Source: Deltaproteobacteria bacterium (GTDB lineage: Bacteria; Myxococcota; Kuafuiibacteriia; Kuafuiibacteriales; Kuafuiibacteriaceae). Taken from it: a DNA stretch of 64,000 nucleotides. Shown here in pieces: positions 21,589 to 30,044 of the stretch (position 1 is the stretch's first letter; each line of letters opens with the position of its first letter). The notes under the pieces are model-generated. The model saw only the letters and a list, made by a program, of their open reading frames with translations, had not been told where the DNA came from and searched no databases. The position numbers and the translations under genes were made by a program. Where the stretch lies: NCBI GenBank assembly GCA_040218735.1, contig JAVJQW010000058.1, positions 32,001 to 96,000 on the forward strand, given 5' to 3'.

Positions 21589-22461
21589 TCAGCCCCCGAG
21601 CTCGCTCTTCACGGCCGAGATGACGACCTCGGCGCGCCCCTCGAATCCGAGTGACTTCCTGAGGAGGGCGAAGACGACGACCTCAGAGACGTCGCGCTCG
21701 ACCGCCATCAGCTCGGAGTAGGGCGCGGCGAGCTCGTCGGGGAGGATGCCGACGTAGGCGCCGCGTCGGACGACTTCGAGCGCGGTGCCGAGGTCGGCGT
21801 GCATGCCGACGGTGCGGCGCACGTCGGCGGGCCAGCCGTCGCGGCGGATGCCGTCGGTCTCGTCGGGGGCGACGAAGCCGTGCTCGAGGATCTGCTCGCG
21901 CGTGGGACGGGTGCCGTGGAGCGGGTGGCCGGCGCCGACGTAGATCGAGCACGGCAGCGTCGTGAGCTTCTCGGTGGAGATCTCGTCGTGCGGGCGCGGG
22001 TCGATCGCGAGGGCGATGTCGACCTTGCCCTGGAGGAGCGCGGTGTTGTGCAGGTCGGACGGGGTCGCGGTGAGGTGCGGGAGGAGCTCGGGGTGCTGCG
22101 CTTGGAGGCGATGGAGCGCGGGGAGGACGTAGCGCGAGGTGAGCGGTTCGAAGCTCGCGATCTTCACGGGCCCGACGAACTGTTTGCCGCCCATCGCGCC
22201 GAGCGCCTCGTCGACGAGGCGCATCGAGTCGCGCACGGCGGAGAGGAGGCGCTGCCCGGTGGCGTTGAGCTCGATGCCGCGGCCGACGCGGTTGAAGAGC
22301 GGCTGCCCGACGTCCTCTTCGAGCAGACGAATGGTCCGCGAGAGCGCGGACGGGCTCACGTGCAGCTGCTTCGAGGCGGCGGGGAGGTGCTGCGTCTCGG
22401 CCACGGCGCGGAAGGCGGGGAGCCAGTTCCAGAGCGTGGTCAGGCGGCGGAGGCGGTCCAT
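21589..22461 (-). CDS. LysR-family transcriptional regulator
   Basis: ASKQLHVSPSALSRTIRLLEEDVGQPLFNR HTH. Confidence 0.9.
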   Translation of the reverse strand: MDRLRRLTTLWNWLPAFRAVAETQHLPAASKQLHVSPSALSRTIRLLEEDVGQPLFNRVGRGIELNATGQRLLSAVRDSMRLVDEALGAMGGKQFVGPVKIASFEPLTSRYVLPALHRLQAQHPELLPHLTATPSDLHNTALLQGKVDIALAIDPRPHDEISTEKLTTLPCSIYVGAGHPLHGTRPTREQILEHGFVAPDETDGIRRDGWPADVRRTVGMHADLGTALEVVRRGAYVGILPDELAAPYSELMAVERDVSEVVVFALLRKSLGFEGRAEVVISAVKSELGG

Positions 22462-22618
22462 GGGAGGAGGGGGTAGCGGATCCGATCGACCATTGTAATC
22501 AGCAGGATGATCGACGCCGATCGTGCGGACCGTTCGAACGGACCGGTGGGTTGGTCGGGCGACGCGAACGGTATTGCTTCGGTGGGCAGGGTTCGCTATA
22601 TCCCGTCGTCCACGCGTT

Positions 22619-22703
22619 GGAGCAGTGGCCGAGTGGTCGAAGGCAGCGGTTTTGAAAACCGCCGTACGGCGACGTACCGGGGGTTCGAATCCCTCCTGCT
22701 CCG
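22619..22703 (+). tRNA. tRNA-Ser(UGA)
   Basis: Acceptor GGAGCAG/CTGCTCC, anticodon arm GCGGT-TTTGAAA-ACCGC, long variable arm, GGTTCGAATCC; CCA not encoded. Confidence 0.95.
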
Positions 22704-22741
22704 CTCCAAAGCTGGGTTCTTTGAGCTTCGAGATTTTGTCT

Positions 22742-22828
22742 GGAGAGGTGGCCGAGTGGCTTAAGGCGCTGGTTTGCTAAACCAGTGTACGGGAAACTGT
22801 ACCGCGGGTTCGAATCCCGCCTTCTCCG
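22742..22828 (+). tRNA. tRNA-Ser(GCU), prophage integration target
   Basis: Acceptor GGAGAGG/CTTCTCC, anticodon arm CTGGT-TTGCTAA-ACCAG, long variable arm; 3' end duplicated at 58767. Confidence 0.95.
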
Positions 22829-23141
22829 CTTCCGCCCCGCCCCGCTTCCACTGCGTCAACACGATCGACGCAGTGGGGGCGGGGCTCTTCTTATCGAGCG
22901 GGACGACCTTCGCGCCAAGGCCGGTGTTCGGCGGCGGCGGGACGAGAGGCTCCTCGATCAGAGGGATCGGGTGGCGCTCCAAGAATTCGTCGAGCGCGCG
23001 GCGGACAAGCCTGGACCGGTTCGGCGATCCGTCCTCGTTCACGATCCCCAGCTTCATTGCGACCATGTCGACGCGCTCCTGAGAGACGCCGGTGCCAGAT
23101 TTCGAGATCCGCGTGGAGGCTACGACTGTGTCTCGCTTCAT
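22761..23141 (-). CDS. RHH (Arc/CopG-like) regulator spanning attL; prophage form 126 aa
   Basis: N-terminal strand, then helix and NRSRLVRRALDEFL (RHH helix B pattern); reads through the att core and ends antisense inside the tRNA. Confidence 0.7.
   Translation of the reverse strand: MKRDTVVASTRISKSGTGVSQERVDMVAMKLGIVNEDGSPNRSRLVRRALDEFLERHPIPLIEEPLVPPPPNTGLGAKVVPLDKKSPAPTASIVLTQWKRGGAEAEKAGFEPAVQFPVHWFSKPAP
22805..22830 (+). repeat. attL core (26 bp)
   Basis: CGGGTTCGAATCCCGCCTTCTCCGCT identical to 58767-58792. Confidence 0.95.
22839..22892 (+). terminator. phage-supplied intrinsic terminator downstream of the tRNA
   Basis: 19-bp stem 22839-22857/22867-22885 (two G-U pairs) followed by TCTTCTT. 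Confidence 0.7.
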
Positions 23142-23179
23142 GGTCTACACGGTAAACCGAGGTATACCGGGCACGTCAA
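23142..23179 (-). promoter_or_regulatory. putative leaderless promoter and tandem operators of the RHH gene
   Basis: TTGACG-N19-TACCGT-N7-ATG, overlapped by GGTCTACA, GGTAAACC and GGTATACC boxes. Confidence 0.55.
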
Positions 23180-23265
23180 GGGGTGCTGGCGAACTTTTCT
23201 CGTCGACCCGGCCGTGAGGTCAGGGGATGTTTCGCTGAGACGCATACGCCTACCCTGCGCCCCTG

Positions 23266-23547
23266 ATGAAGCGTTTACTGCCTCTGTTTCTCGTCTCGGC
23301 GTGCGCGATGCCGAATGCGCAGTCGAGAGTCGGCGCGGGCAACGCGAGCGTGGTGGCTGGTTCAGCTATGGCGGCTATGACCACATCCGCACTGGTCTAC
23401 TCGTTCTCTGAGTCGAGTGACCTCCCCGTTGCGCCGCTGCTCGTTGGGTACGGCCTGTCTTTTCTGTTCATCGTTGCTGGGACGGCCGTCGCGAATGTCG
23501 CTGCTTCGGACCTTGAACTCATTGAGACGAGCTCCACTGCCAACTAG
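23266..23547 (+). CDS. small membrane protein with lipobox (moron)
   Basis: MKRLLPLFLVSAC then two hydrophobic segments; lower GC. Confidence 0.55.
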   Translation: MKRLLPLFLVSACAMPNAQSRVGAGNASVVAGSAMAAMTTSALVYSFSESSDLPVAPLLVGYGLSFLFIVAGTAVANVAASDLELIETSSTAN

Positions 23548-23909
23548 CAGTCCGGATGCATCGATGATGCGTCGCACATCGCGATACAGGCGTCGTACTC
23601 GGAGACGCCCGGCCCAATCCCGCCCGGGGTGCCGGCGAGTCGCCGTCTGGCGATCGCGAGATCGATGCAATCTGCGATTGGCTCCCCCGGGTCGGCCTCG
23701 ATCGCTTCGATTCGGCACGCCCAAAAGCCGAGCTGGTTAGAGCACTCGATCTGCGCGCTCGAGCGGCACATCGTATCGCCCGCGTCGCACATCGCATCGA
23801 CGCACGCGGTGATCTCGGGCCCGAGCGCCTCGCACTCCTCGCGCGTCGGCGCGCCGTCACCGCAGGCGGCGAGGATCAGGAGGGCGAGGGGCGCGAGTCG
23901 GCGGAGCAT
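23544..23909 (-). CDS. Cys-rich lipoprotein (moron)
   Basis: MLRRLAPLALLILAAC lipobox; ten further Cys. Confidence 0.7.
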   Translation of the reverse strand: MLRRLAPLALLILAACGDGAPTREECEALGPEITACVDAMCDAGDTMCRSSAQIECSNQLGFWACRIEAIEADPGEPIADCIDLAIARRRLAGTPGGIGPGVSEYDACIAMCDASSMHPDC

Positions 23910-24025
23910 GGCGCCGATCGTACGCGCGGATGCGCGGGGAGCAAGGCGGGCGCGGTCACCCTAGCGTCTGCCGGCGCGATGGTTCTACGAACCCCAAAAA
24001 GTCGTCGGGCACCGAGTGGTTTCAG

Positions 24026-24739
24026 ATGGCGAGACGAATTAGCATGGGGCATACTTGGATGCAGATGAAGTCACCGAGGACCGTCGACCTGGAGTCGACC
24101 GAAGATCTCCCCCTTGACCTCCGGCCCATCGGGCTCTCACCGATCCGCCAGGCCATCGAGGCGGGTGCCGCAGCGTACCACGAGGCGGACCCGTTCAGCA
24201 GCCGGGCGTTCAAGGGCGCCGCCGTCTACGACACAGTCCTCGCGACGCTCCGACGGAACGTGAGGACGCTCAGAATCGGCGAGGACTACTACGATGGCGA
24301 GGTCGAGGCCGTTGCGATCGACGACGGCAGCGTGGTGCTCGTACCGATGCTGTCAGAGATCGGCGCCGACGGGGCGCCTTGCCCAAAGCGACAGCTGGGG
24401 CGCGCGAAGGCGCGCTTGTTGCGTGGGGTTCAGCAGTTGCACTTGAGCGGAATGTCGCCGCCCGACGGCGCCCCAGTGCATCCCAACCCTACCGTGTACG
24501 TGCTGGCCTTCTGTCGACTCAAGACGCCGCGTTGCGATCCGGAGACCGGCGTGCTTCGCCGCACCGCTATGCGTTTCTGGATCTGCGACTGGTCCACCGA
24601 CGAGGACGGCTCCTTCATGAAGCGGGGCCGATCCCTCGAGGGGCACATGGTCGAACTCGTTACGTACGGCGACGTCGATGGCGATGACGACGGGTCCGGT
24701 CCCGATCCAGAACCGGATGTCCCCGTCAAGCTTCGATAA
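24026..24739 (+). CDS. hypothetical protein, putative toxin partner of the XRE-M78 gene
   Basis: Co-oriented directly upstream of the HTH-peptidase gene; acidic/Pro C-terminal tail; start uncertain. Confidence 0.6.
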   Translation: MARRISMGHTWMQMKSPRTVDLESTEDLPLDLRPIGLSPIRQAIEAGAAAYHEADPFSSRAFKGAAVYDTVLATLRRNVRTLRIGEDYYDGEVEAVAIDDGSVVLVPMLSEIGADGAPCPKRQLGRAKARLLRGVQQLHLSGMSPPDGAPVHPNPTVYVLAFCRLKTPRCDPETGVLRRTAMRFWICDWSTDEDGSFMKRGRSLEGHMVELVTYGDVDGDDDGSGPDPEPDVPVKLR

Positions 24740-24785
24740 GGCCTAATTCGTTTACAGCGAATCGCTGTCATGACAAGCTTTCCGG

Positions 24786-25880
24786 GTGCTGCCGGGCTCC
24801 CGACTGACGACCGCGCGACTTCGCCGCGGCCTCACGAAGTCGGACCTCGCACGCCTCGTCGGCGTCACCTCCCAGGCCATCGGGAAGTTCGAGGCAGACA
24901 AGACGAGTCCATCCGAGGACGTCGCGAAGAAGCTCTTCGAGACCCTACGCTTTGGTGCGCGCTTCTTCGAGGCGAGTCCCGTCGAGGTTGTACAGCCCGA
25001 CATGCTGAGCTTTCGGACGCTCTCCCAGACGAAGGCCGCGTCGCGGCGGGCCGCTTGCGGATCGGCGACCATCATCTCCGAGATCATCGCGCCGGCGATC
25101 GATGCCGTCTGTGAGCTCGCGCCGCTCGAGGTACCCGACCTGAGCGGCGAAGAGCCCGAGGTCGCGGCTGCGATCGTTCGGGAGGAGTGGGGCCTGGCCT
25201 ACAGGCCGATCCCGAATGTCCTGCGACTGCTCGAATCGAAAGGCGTGCGAGTCTACTCGGTCTCCGACGACCTCTCCGTCGTCGATGCCTTTTCGTTCTG
25301 GTGCAGGGGCACCCCGTTCGTCGTCATGCACACAACCAAGGCGACGACTGGTGAGCGCCCACGCTTCGATGGCGCCCACGAGCTCGCGCACCTGGTCTTG
25401 CATCGCCGCGAGAAGCCCGTCGGGCGCGAGGTCGAACAGGAAGCTGATCGCTTTGCGAGCGCTTTCCTCATGCCGCGCGACGCAGTGCTCGCGGAGGCGC
25501 CCCAGGTGGTGACGCTCGGAACGGTTCGGCACCTGAAGAAGAGGTGGGGCGTCTCCTATGCCGCGTACGTCCGGCGCTTGTCGGACCTCGGACTGATCAG
25601 CGCGCAGAAGTACCGGATGCTGTGCATCGACATGTCGCGTCGCGGGTATCGAAAGCAGGAGCCCGATGGGATCGGGCGCGAGTCTGCGATCACGTTCAAG
25701 AAGCTCTTCGCGGCGCTCGAAGGTCGCGGGGTGACGCTCGAGGCCTTCGCGAAGCGCATCGCCCTGGATCCCCAGGAGCTGTCGTCGCTGATGTTCAACT
25801 GCGCGCCGCGGGTCGTCGTAACGGAGCGCCCGCAGATGCCGACGAAGCCGACAGGGCGACTGCGGCTCGTTGAGGCGTAG
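24786..25880 (+). CDS. XRE HTH fused to ImmA/IrrE (M78) metallopeptidase
   Basis: ARLRRGLTKSDLARLVGVTSQAIGKFE HTH; RFDGAHELAHLVLH...EQEADRFASAFLMP. Confidence 0.92.
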   Translation: MLPGSRLTTARLRRGLTKSDLARLVGVTSQAIGKFEADKTSPSEDVAKKLFETLRFGARFFEASPVEVVQPDMLSFRTLSQTKAASRRAACGSATIISEIIAPAIDAVCELAPLEVPDLSGEEPEVAAAIVREEWGLAYRPIPNVLRLLESKGVRVYSVSDDLSVVDAFSFWCRGTPFVVMHTTKATTGERPRFDGAHELAHLVLHRREKPVGREVEQEADRFASAFLMPRDAVLAEAPQVVTLGTVRHLKKRWGVSYAAYVRRLSDLGLISAQKYRMLCIDMSRRGYRKQEPDGIGRESAITFKKLFAALEGRGVTLEAFAKRIALDPQELSSLMFNCAPRVVVTERPQMPTKPTGRLRLVEA

Positions 25881-25934
25881 CGCGCCTTCCAGGAAAAAGC
25901 GGGGCGACCCGCTACGCGAGCCGCCCCTGCCGGC

Positions 25935-26093
25935 CTACCGCGTCGCCCTCACGAGCGTCCACCGCACAGCCCGCCGGCAGCTGCCGCACGGTGGGAAGCG
26001 CTCCCCCCTGCTGAGCGCGATTTCGCTGCAGCAAGAGCAATTTGCACGGTAGATGCCCGAACGGGCGCAACTCTGACCAGTGGTGCCAGACAT
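25935..26093 (-). CDS. YjzC-like zinc-ribbon protein
   Basis: TGQSCARSGIY..C.CC...GERFPPC..C....WTLV; AAGGAGG RBS. Confidence 0.75.
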   Translation of the reverse strand: MSGTTGQSCARSGIYRANCSCCSEIALSRGERFPPCGSCRRAVRWTLVRATR

Positions 26094-26418
26094 GGCCCAC
26101 CTCCTTGGTAGACCGGCCGGATCGCGATGTTGACGCACCCCCGCCTCGGGTGGCAGGCTCCGAGGTGGCTCTCAGCCCACCTGGTGCCCGGCACCTTCGG
26201 CAGGGGCGCGACGGCAATCGCATCCCCGGCCGGTCCAGTTACATTGTCGCCCGCCCGAGTCACTTCGAGCGGGCACCCTTATCCAGGGCAAACCTACCCT
26301 ACGATCGTCGATTCAAGGCGAGCAAGGGCGAACGCCCCGAAAATCGTTTGCATCTAGTAGGTACGGCAACGCGGGTACCCCACGGGGTGTGGTGCACTCC
26401 TGATCTGACGACGGGTGT

Positions 26419-26583
26419 TCAGGCTCGTTTTGGGGCCGTCGTGAAGATCCACCGGAAGGGCTGATGCAGCACGAAGTGGCCGATCCACGGCAGCTTCAGG
26501 CGCGTAAACGCCCACCAGAGCCACTCAGGGCACCAGTCTCGCTTGTAGGCGACGGCTTCGTAATCGACGTCCTCGGGGTCCAT
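26419..26583 (-). CDS. small Trp-rich protein (moron)
   Basis: 54-aa ORF preceded by TTGACC-N17-CAGCGT-N7-ATG. Confidence 0.45.
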   Translation of the reverse strand: MDPEDVDYEAVAYKRDWCPEWLWWAFTRLKLPWIGHFVLHQPFRWIFTTAPKRA

Positions 26584-26615
26584 ATCTCTCACGCTGGGCC
26601 TACTTCGCGGCCCGG

Positions 26616-27128
26616 TCAAAAAACTGCCCCCGTAGCGACCATCTCGAGCGAGAACTTCCGTCCCGAGCGCCACCCGCCGAGGTGTTCGTGCAGTCGTTGT
26701 TGCGCGTCCACGGCGCGACCGACGCCGTCTTCGGTGAACTCGAGGCCGATCCCCACGCACGCGTCGAGCATCGAGGGACGGACCGGCACCTGGAACCCGA
26801 GGGCGGACCTGCCCACGTGGTGAATGAATGCGCCGCGGTGAGCCAGGTACTCGACAGGCACGAGCGTCTCGTCGTGAAGCTCGCACCGCGCCTCGAACAG
26901 GACCGCGTCACGCTCCTTCGACGTCATGCGCTCCATCGACATCAAGTAGTGACCGTCGGCGAGGATCCAGTCGTCCTTGTCGAGGGAACGGACCACCGGG
27001 AACTTCATCGAAGCGCCGCGCCCGTCCGCGATCAGGACACCGAGCTGCCCACGCGACTCACGGCGGTCGAAGAATTCGAAAGCAGGCGAGAGCCACTCGA
27101 TCCGCAGCGCGCCCTCAACCCGGGTCAC
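26616..27128 (-). CDS. putative endolysin, DUF5675/L,D-transpeptidase-like
   Basis: LADGHY...FIHHVG...DACVGIG resembles the G-x-Y / H / GC pattern; follows holin-like genes; GTG start overlaps the upstream stop. Confidence 0.5.
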   Translation of the reverse strand: MTRVEGALRIEWLSPAFEFFDRRESRGQLGVLIADGRGASMKFPVVRSLDKDDWILADGHYLMSMERMTSKERDAVLFEARCELHDETLVPVEYLAHRGAFIHHVGRSALGFQVPVRPSMLDACVGIGLEFTEDGVGRAVDAQQRLHEHLGGWRSGRKFSLEMVATGAVF

Positions 27129-27394
27129 GCGGAGTCCTCGGGCTTCTCGGCGCGTTTGGACGGGAGCGCCGCCACGGTGTCGCGCGCGCCCTGACCGAAC
27201 ACCTGGACGCCGAACGCGGTGACGAGTCCGCCCGCGAGCCACTCCCAGACCGAGACCGGGATCCCGATGTTCGCGATCTTCTTCGCTACCGCGAGGAGGA
27301 TGACGAAGACGAAGATCGACTGCGCGCAGAGCACGGCACCGAAGAGTTTGCGACTCGGGATGTGGGTTGAGAGGTGCTTCACGAAGAACATCAT
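27125..27394 (-). CDS. putative holin
   Basis: 89 aa, two TM helices after SRKLF, charged C-terminus; lysis position. Confidence 0.55.
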   Translation of the reverse strand: MMFFVKHLSTHIPSRKLFGAVLCAQSIFVFVILLAVAKKIANIGIPVSVWEWLAGGLVTAFGVQVFGQGARDTVAALPSKRAEKPEDSA

Positions 27395-27783
27395 CGCTCC
27401 CGCTTCCGAGAGAGTCGTTCGACCGACTTCTCGATGTTGCTGCTCTGGATGAGCAGGGTGTCGATCTTCCCTTCGAGCCGGGTGACGCGATCGCGCTCCT
27501 CGGCACCGGCGGCCTCGAGCTTCTCGACCCGCTTCACGAGCTCGTCGACCTTCTCGCGGTTGACGACGATCGACATGCGAGCCGTCGTCGCGGCCTCGGT
27601 GGTCGAGACGATGACGCCCACGCCTGTACCGATGACGCCGATGAGCGCGACGACGATCGCCCAGACGAGCCGCACGTGCCGTTTCGTTACGGGCAGGTCG
27701 TCGGTGACGGGCGCCGGGGGCGGCCCGCTGCGCGAAATCTCCTCGCGGATGATTGCTCTCGTCTTGCCGGTGTCGTTCGTCAT
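27391..27783 (-). CDS. single-TM coiled-coil protein (holin/antiholin/spanin-like)
   Basis: TM LVWAIVVALIGVIGTGVGVIV then a coiled coil; ATGA overlap with the upstream gene. Confidence 0.6.
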   Translation of the reverse strand: MTNDTGKTRAIIREEISRSGPPPAPVTDDLPVTKRHVRLVWAIVVALIGVIGTGVGVIVSTTEAATTARMSIVVNREKVDELVKRVEKLEAAGAEERDRVTRLEGKIDTLLIQSSNIEKSVERLSRKRER

Positions 27784-30044
27784 GGCTGGGAACTCGTGTA
27801 GGTAGGCGTGCCGTTCTCGGTGAGCGTGGCGTTCCAGCACTCGAACCCGTTGCCCCCGGACGCGGTGTCCTCGAAGTCGCAGTGCATCAGGAAGCACGGG
27901 TGGCCGAGGACGTACTCGCCGAAGTCGTCCTCGTCGACGACGCCGCCCCCGCCGGAGGCCGTTGCGCAGGCTGCCGAGTTGTCATCGCCCGATGCGCCGT
28001 GCGTCGAGCAGTAGACCTGGAGCGCCTCCGCCTCGGTCAACGCACACGAGAAGTACGAGACGGCATCGACGTCCGACTGGTGACCGCTCAGGCCGATAGA
28101 GATCGGCTGGTCCTCGTCGTTGAGCGACGTCGGGATCGTGCCGACCGTCGTGCCGTCGTTGAACGCGCCGTCCTCGAAGCAGTGCACGGTCTGCGTCGCG
28201 CCGTCGTAGCTGAAGCCGACCTGGTCCCACCCCGCGGTCATCGTCCCGCCGCAGTCCATCCCAGCGCCGCCGCCCGCCTCGAGGCCGATCGCCCAGTGCA
28301 CGGATCCGTTGTTGGCGTTGCCGGTGACGACGCCGAACCACCACTGCTCGGTCGAAGCCCCGCCCGATCCCCAGCGCGAGACGCCAGGCTCGAACAGGCC
28401 CGGGTTGCTGATCCAGTAGAGGACGGTGTGGCCGTCGAGATCGTCGAGCGCGCCACTCGAAACGGCGAGCGACAGGTTGCCCCCGGACGCGTTGAACTCG
28501 ACCGACTCCGCGGAAGCGAACGTCGCCGCGTCGGGAGACGAGCCCGCGTCGCTCGGCCCAGCATCGCTCACGCCCGAGTCGGCGGGGCCGGAGTCCGCGA
28601 CGCCGGAGTCGGACGGGCCGCTGTCTGCGACGCCGCTGTCGCTGGGGCCACTGTCCGACGCGCCCGAGTCGGGGACGCCGCCGTCTCGTGAGAGGGTGCT
28701 CGGGAACACCGCGCCGAGCGCGAACTCGGTGCACGTGTCCGTTCCGCAGTGATCGGTCCTCGCGGCGGCGACGTTGGTGCCCCCTTCATCGGGGCTCGTC
28801 GGGTCGACCGGCGTGTTCACGACGCCGGTGTCGCCAAAGGAGACCTCGTCGAAGTCGCCGATCGGGGCGGCGAAGTCGAAGGTGACGTCGCACGTCTGCT
28901 GAGGCGCCGGGCAGCTCGCCGGCGTGACCGCCGAGACAGCCCCACCCGGCGTGACGAGAACCCCCGCGAGGTAGAAGCACCACCCGTACGTCACGACGCC
29001 TGCGCACTCCTGCGCGACGACGTCCGTCGTGTTCAGCGCGATCGGGCTCGTCGGCGACGCGACGGCGCAAGTCCCGCGCGCGCGACAGGGGGCGAAGAAC
29101 GTCGCGGTGATGGTGTCCTCGTCGACGACGGTGACCGAGGTCGGCGTGAGCGGCCGGTAGTCGCCGGTGTCGACGACGACCTGGATGACGTGCGCGTAGA
29201 GCTCGCCGATCGCGTTCGCGCCGGTGACGTCGGGGTGGAGCTGGTCCGCCCCCGTTTCGACGAAGTAGAACTGGCCCGCGATCGCGACGTCCGGATCGCC
29301 GGTGCCCCACCCGGGGAAGTCGGGCGCGTAGGGATGCCGCGCGATGCCGCTGACCCCGTAGTACTGCGCGCCGCCGCCGTTCGGGATGAGGGCCAGACCC
29401 GTGTAGAGGCTGCTCCAGCCGGCCGTCGCGGAGCCGATCTCCGTGCTGATGTGGCTCTCGATCGCGGCCTGAAACGCTTCGACCTCGGCCTGGTACGTGG
29501 CGAAGCTGTCACCGTCGAGCGCGTTGGCGTAGCCGCCGCTGTTCTCGACAAGGACCACCGGGAGAATCGTCCGCCCTTGCGAGGCCGCCCATGCGGCCGC
29601 GGCGTCGAGGCCGTCGATGAGGATCCCCGAGTTGTATGCGTTGACCTCCTGCCCGCCGTTCGGGCTGGCGATCATGATCCATTCTTCGTCGCGGTCGGCG
29701 ACGATGCGGTGCACCGCGCGCGTCTGGAACCGAGGTCCGCCGTCGGGATCGTCACCGGCCGGGAACACGCCGCCGTCCGCGGCCTCCCACGCGCACACGC
29801 CGCCGTCCGCGCGAGAGCACCCGACGGCGGTGGTGAAGGTAGAGGGGCCGTACGTCGACAGCGGATCGAGGTAGCTCGCGCCGACGAACAGCGCGACGCG
29901 GAACACGGGCGGCGGCGCGGTCGCGGCGAGGCCTCCGAAGCGCCACCACTGGTAGCCCTCGGCGTTGTCGCTCAACCCAGGCGATGGCCCTGGCCCAGGT
30001 CCGACGCCGGCCAGCGCCGCGGCGAGAAGCACCGGCGCGAGCAT
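27780..30044 (-). CDS. secreted multidomain protein: SGNH-like esterase, DSG-repeat linker, LamG/ConA-like domain
   Basis: Hydrophobic N-terminus MLAPVLLAAALAG; ALFVGAS and QLHPDVTGANAIG; (DSGxx)n; WDQVGFSYDG..VHCFEDG. Confidence 0.7.
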   Translation of the reverse strand: MLAPVLLAAALAGVGPGPGPSPGLSDNAEGYQWWRFGGLAATAPPPVFRVALFVGASYLDPLSTYGPSTFTTAVGCSRADGGVCAWEAADGGVFPAGDDPDGGPRFQTRAVHRIVADRDEEWIMIASPNGGQEVNAYNSGILIDGLDAAAAWAASQGRTILPVVLVENSGGYANALDGDSFATYQAEVEAFQAAIESHISTEIGSATAGWSSLYTGLALIPNGGGAQYYGVSGIARHPYAPDFPGWGTGDPDVAIAGQFYFVETGADQLHPDVTGANAIGELYAHVIQVVVDTGDYRPLTPTSVTVVDEDTITATFFAPCRARGTCAVASPTSPIALNTTDVVAQECAGVVTYGWCFYLAGVLVTPGGAVSAVTPASCPAPQQTCDVTFDFAAPIGDFDEVSFGDTGVVNTPVDPTSPDEGGTNVAAARTDHCGTDTCTEFALGAVFPSTLSRDGGVPDSGASDSGPSDSGVADSGPSDSGVADSGPADSGVSDAGPSDAGSSPDAATFASAESVEFNASGGNLSLAVSSGALDDLDGHTVLYWISNPGLFEPGVSRWGSGGASTEQWWFGVVTGNANNGSVHWAIGLEAGGGAGMDCGGTMTAGWDQVGFSYDGATQTVHCFEDGAFNDGTTVGTIPTSLNDEDQPISIGLSGHQSDVDAVSYFSCALTEAEALQVYCSTHGASGDDNSAACATASGGGGVVDEDDFGEYVLGHPCFLMHCDFEDTASGGNGFECWNATLTENGTPTYTSSQP

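Noticed and set aside
22619-22703. Selenocysteine or suppressor tRNA
   Set aside because: Anticodon reads TGA (decodes UCA, Ser), not TCA; normal 7-bp acceptor stem.
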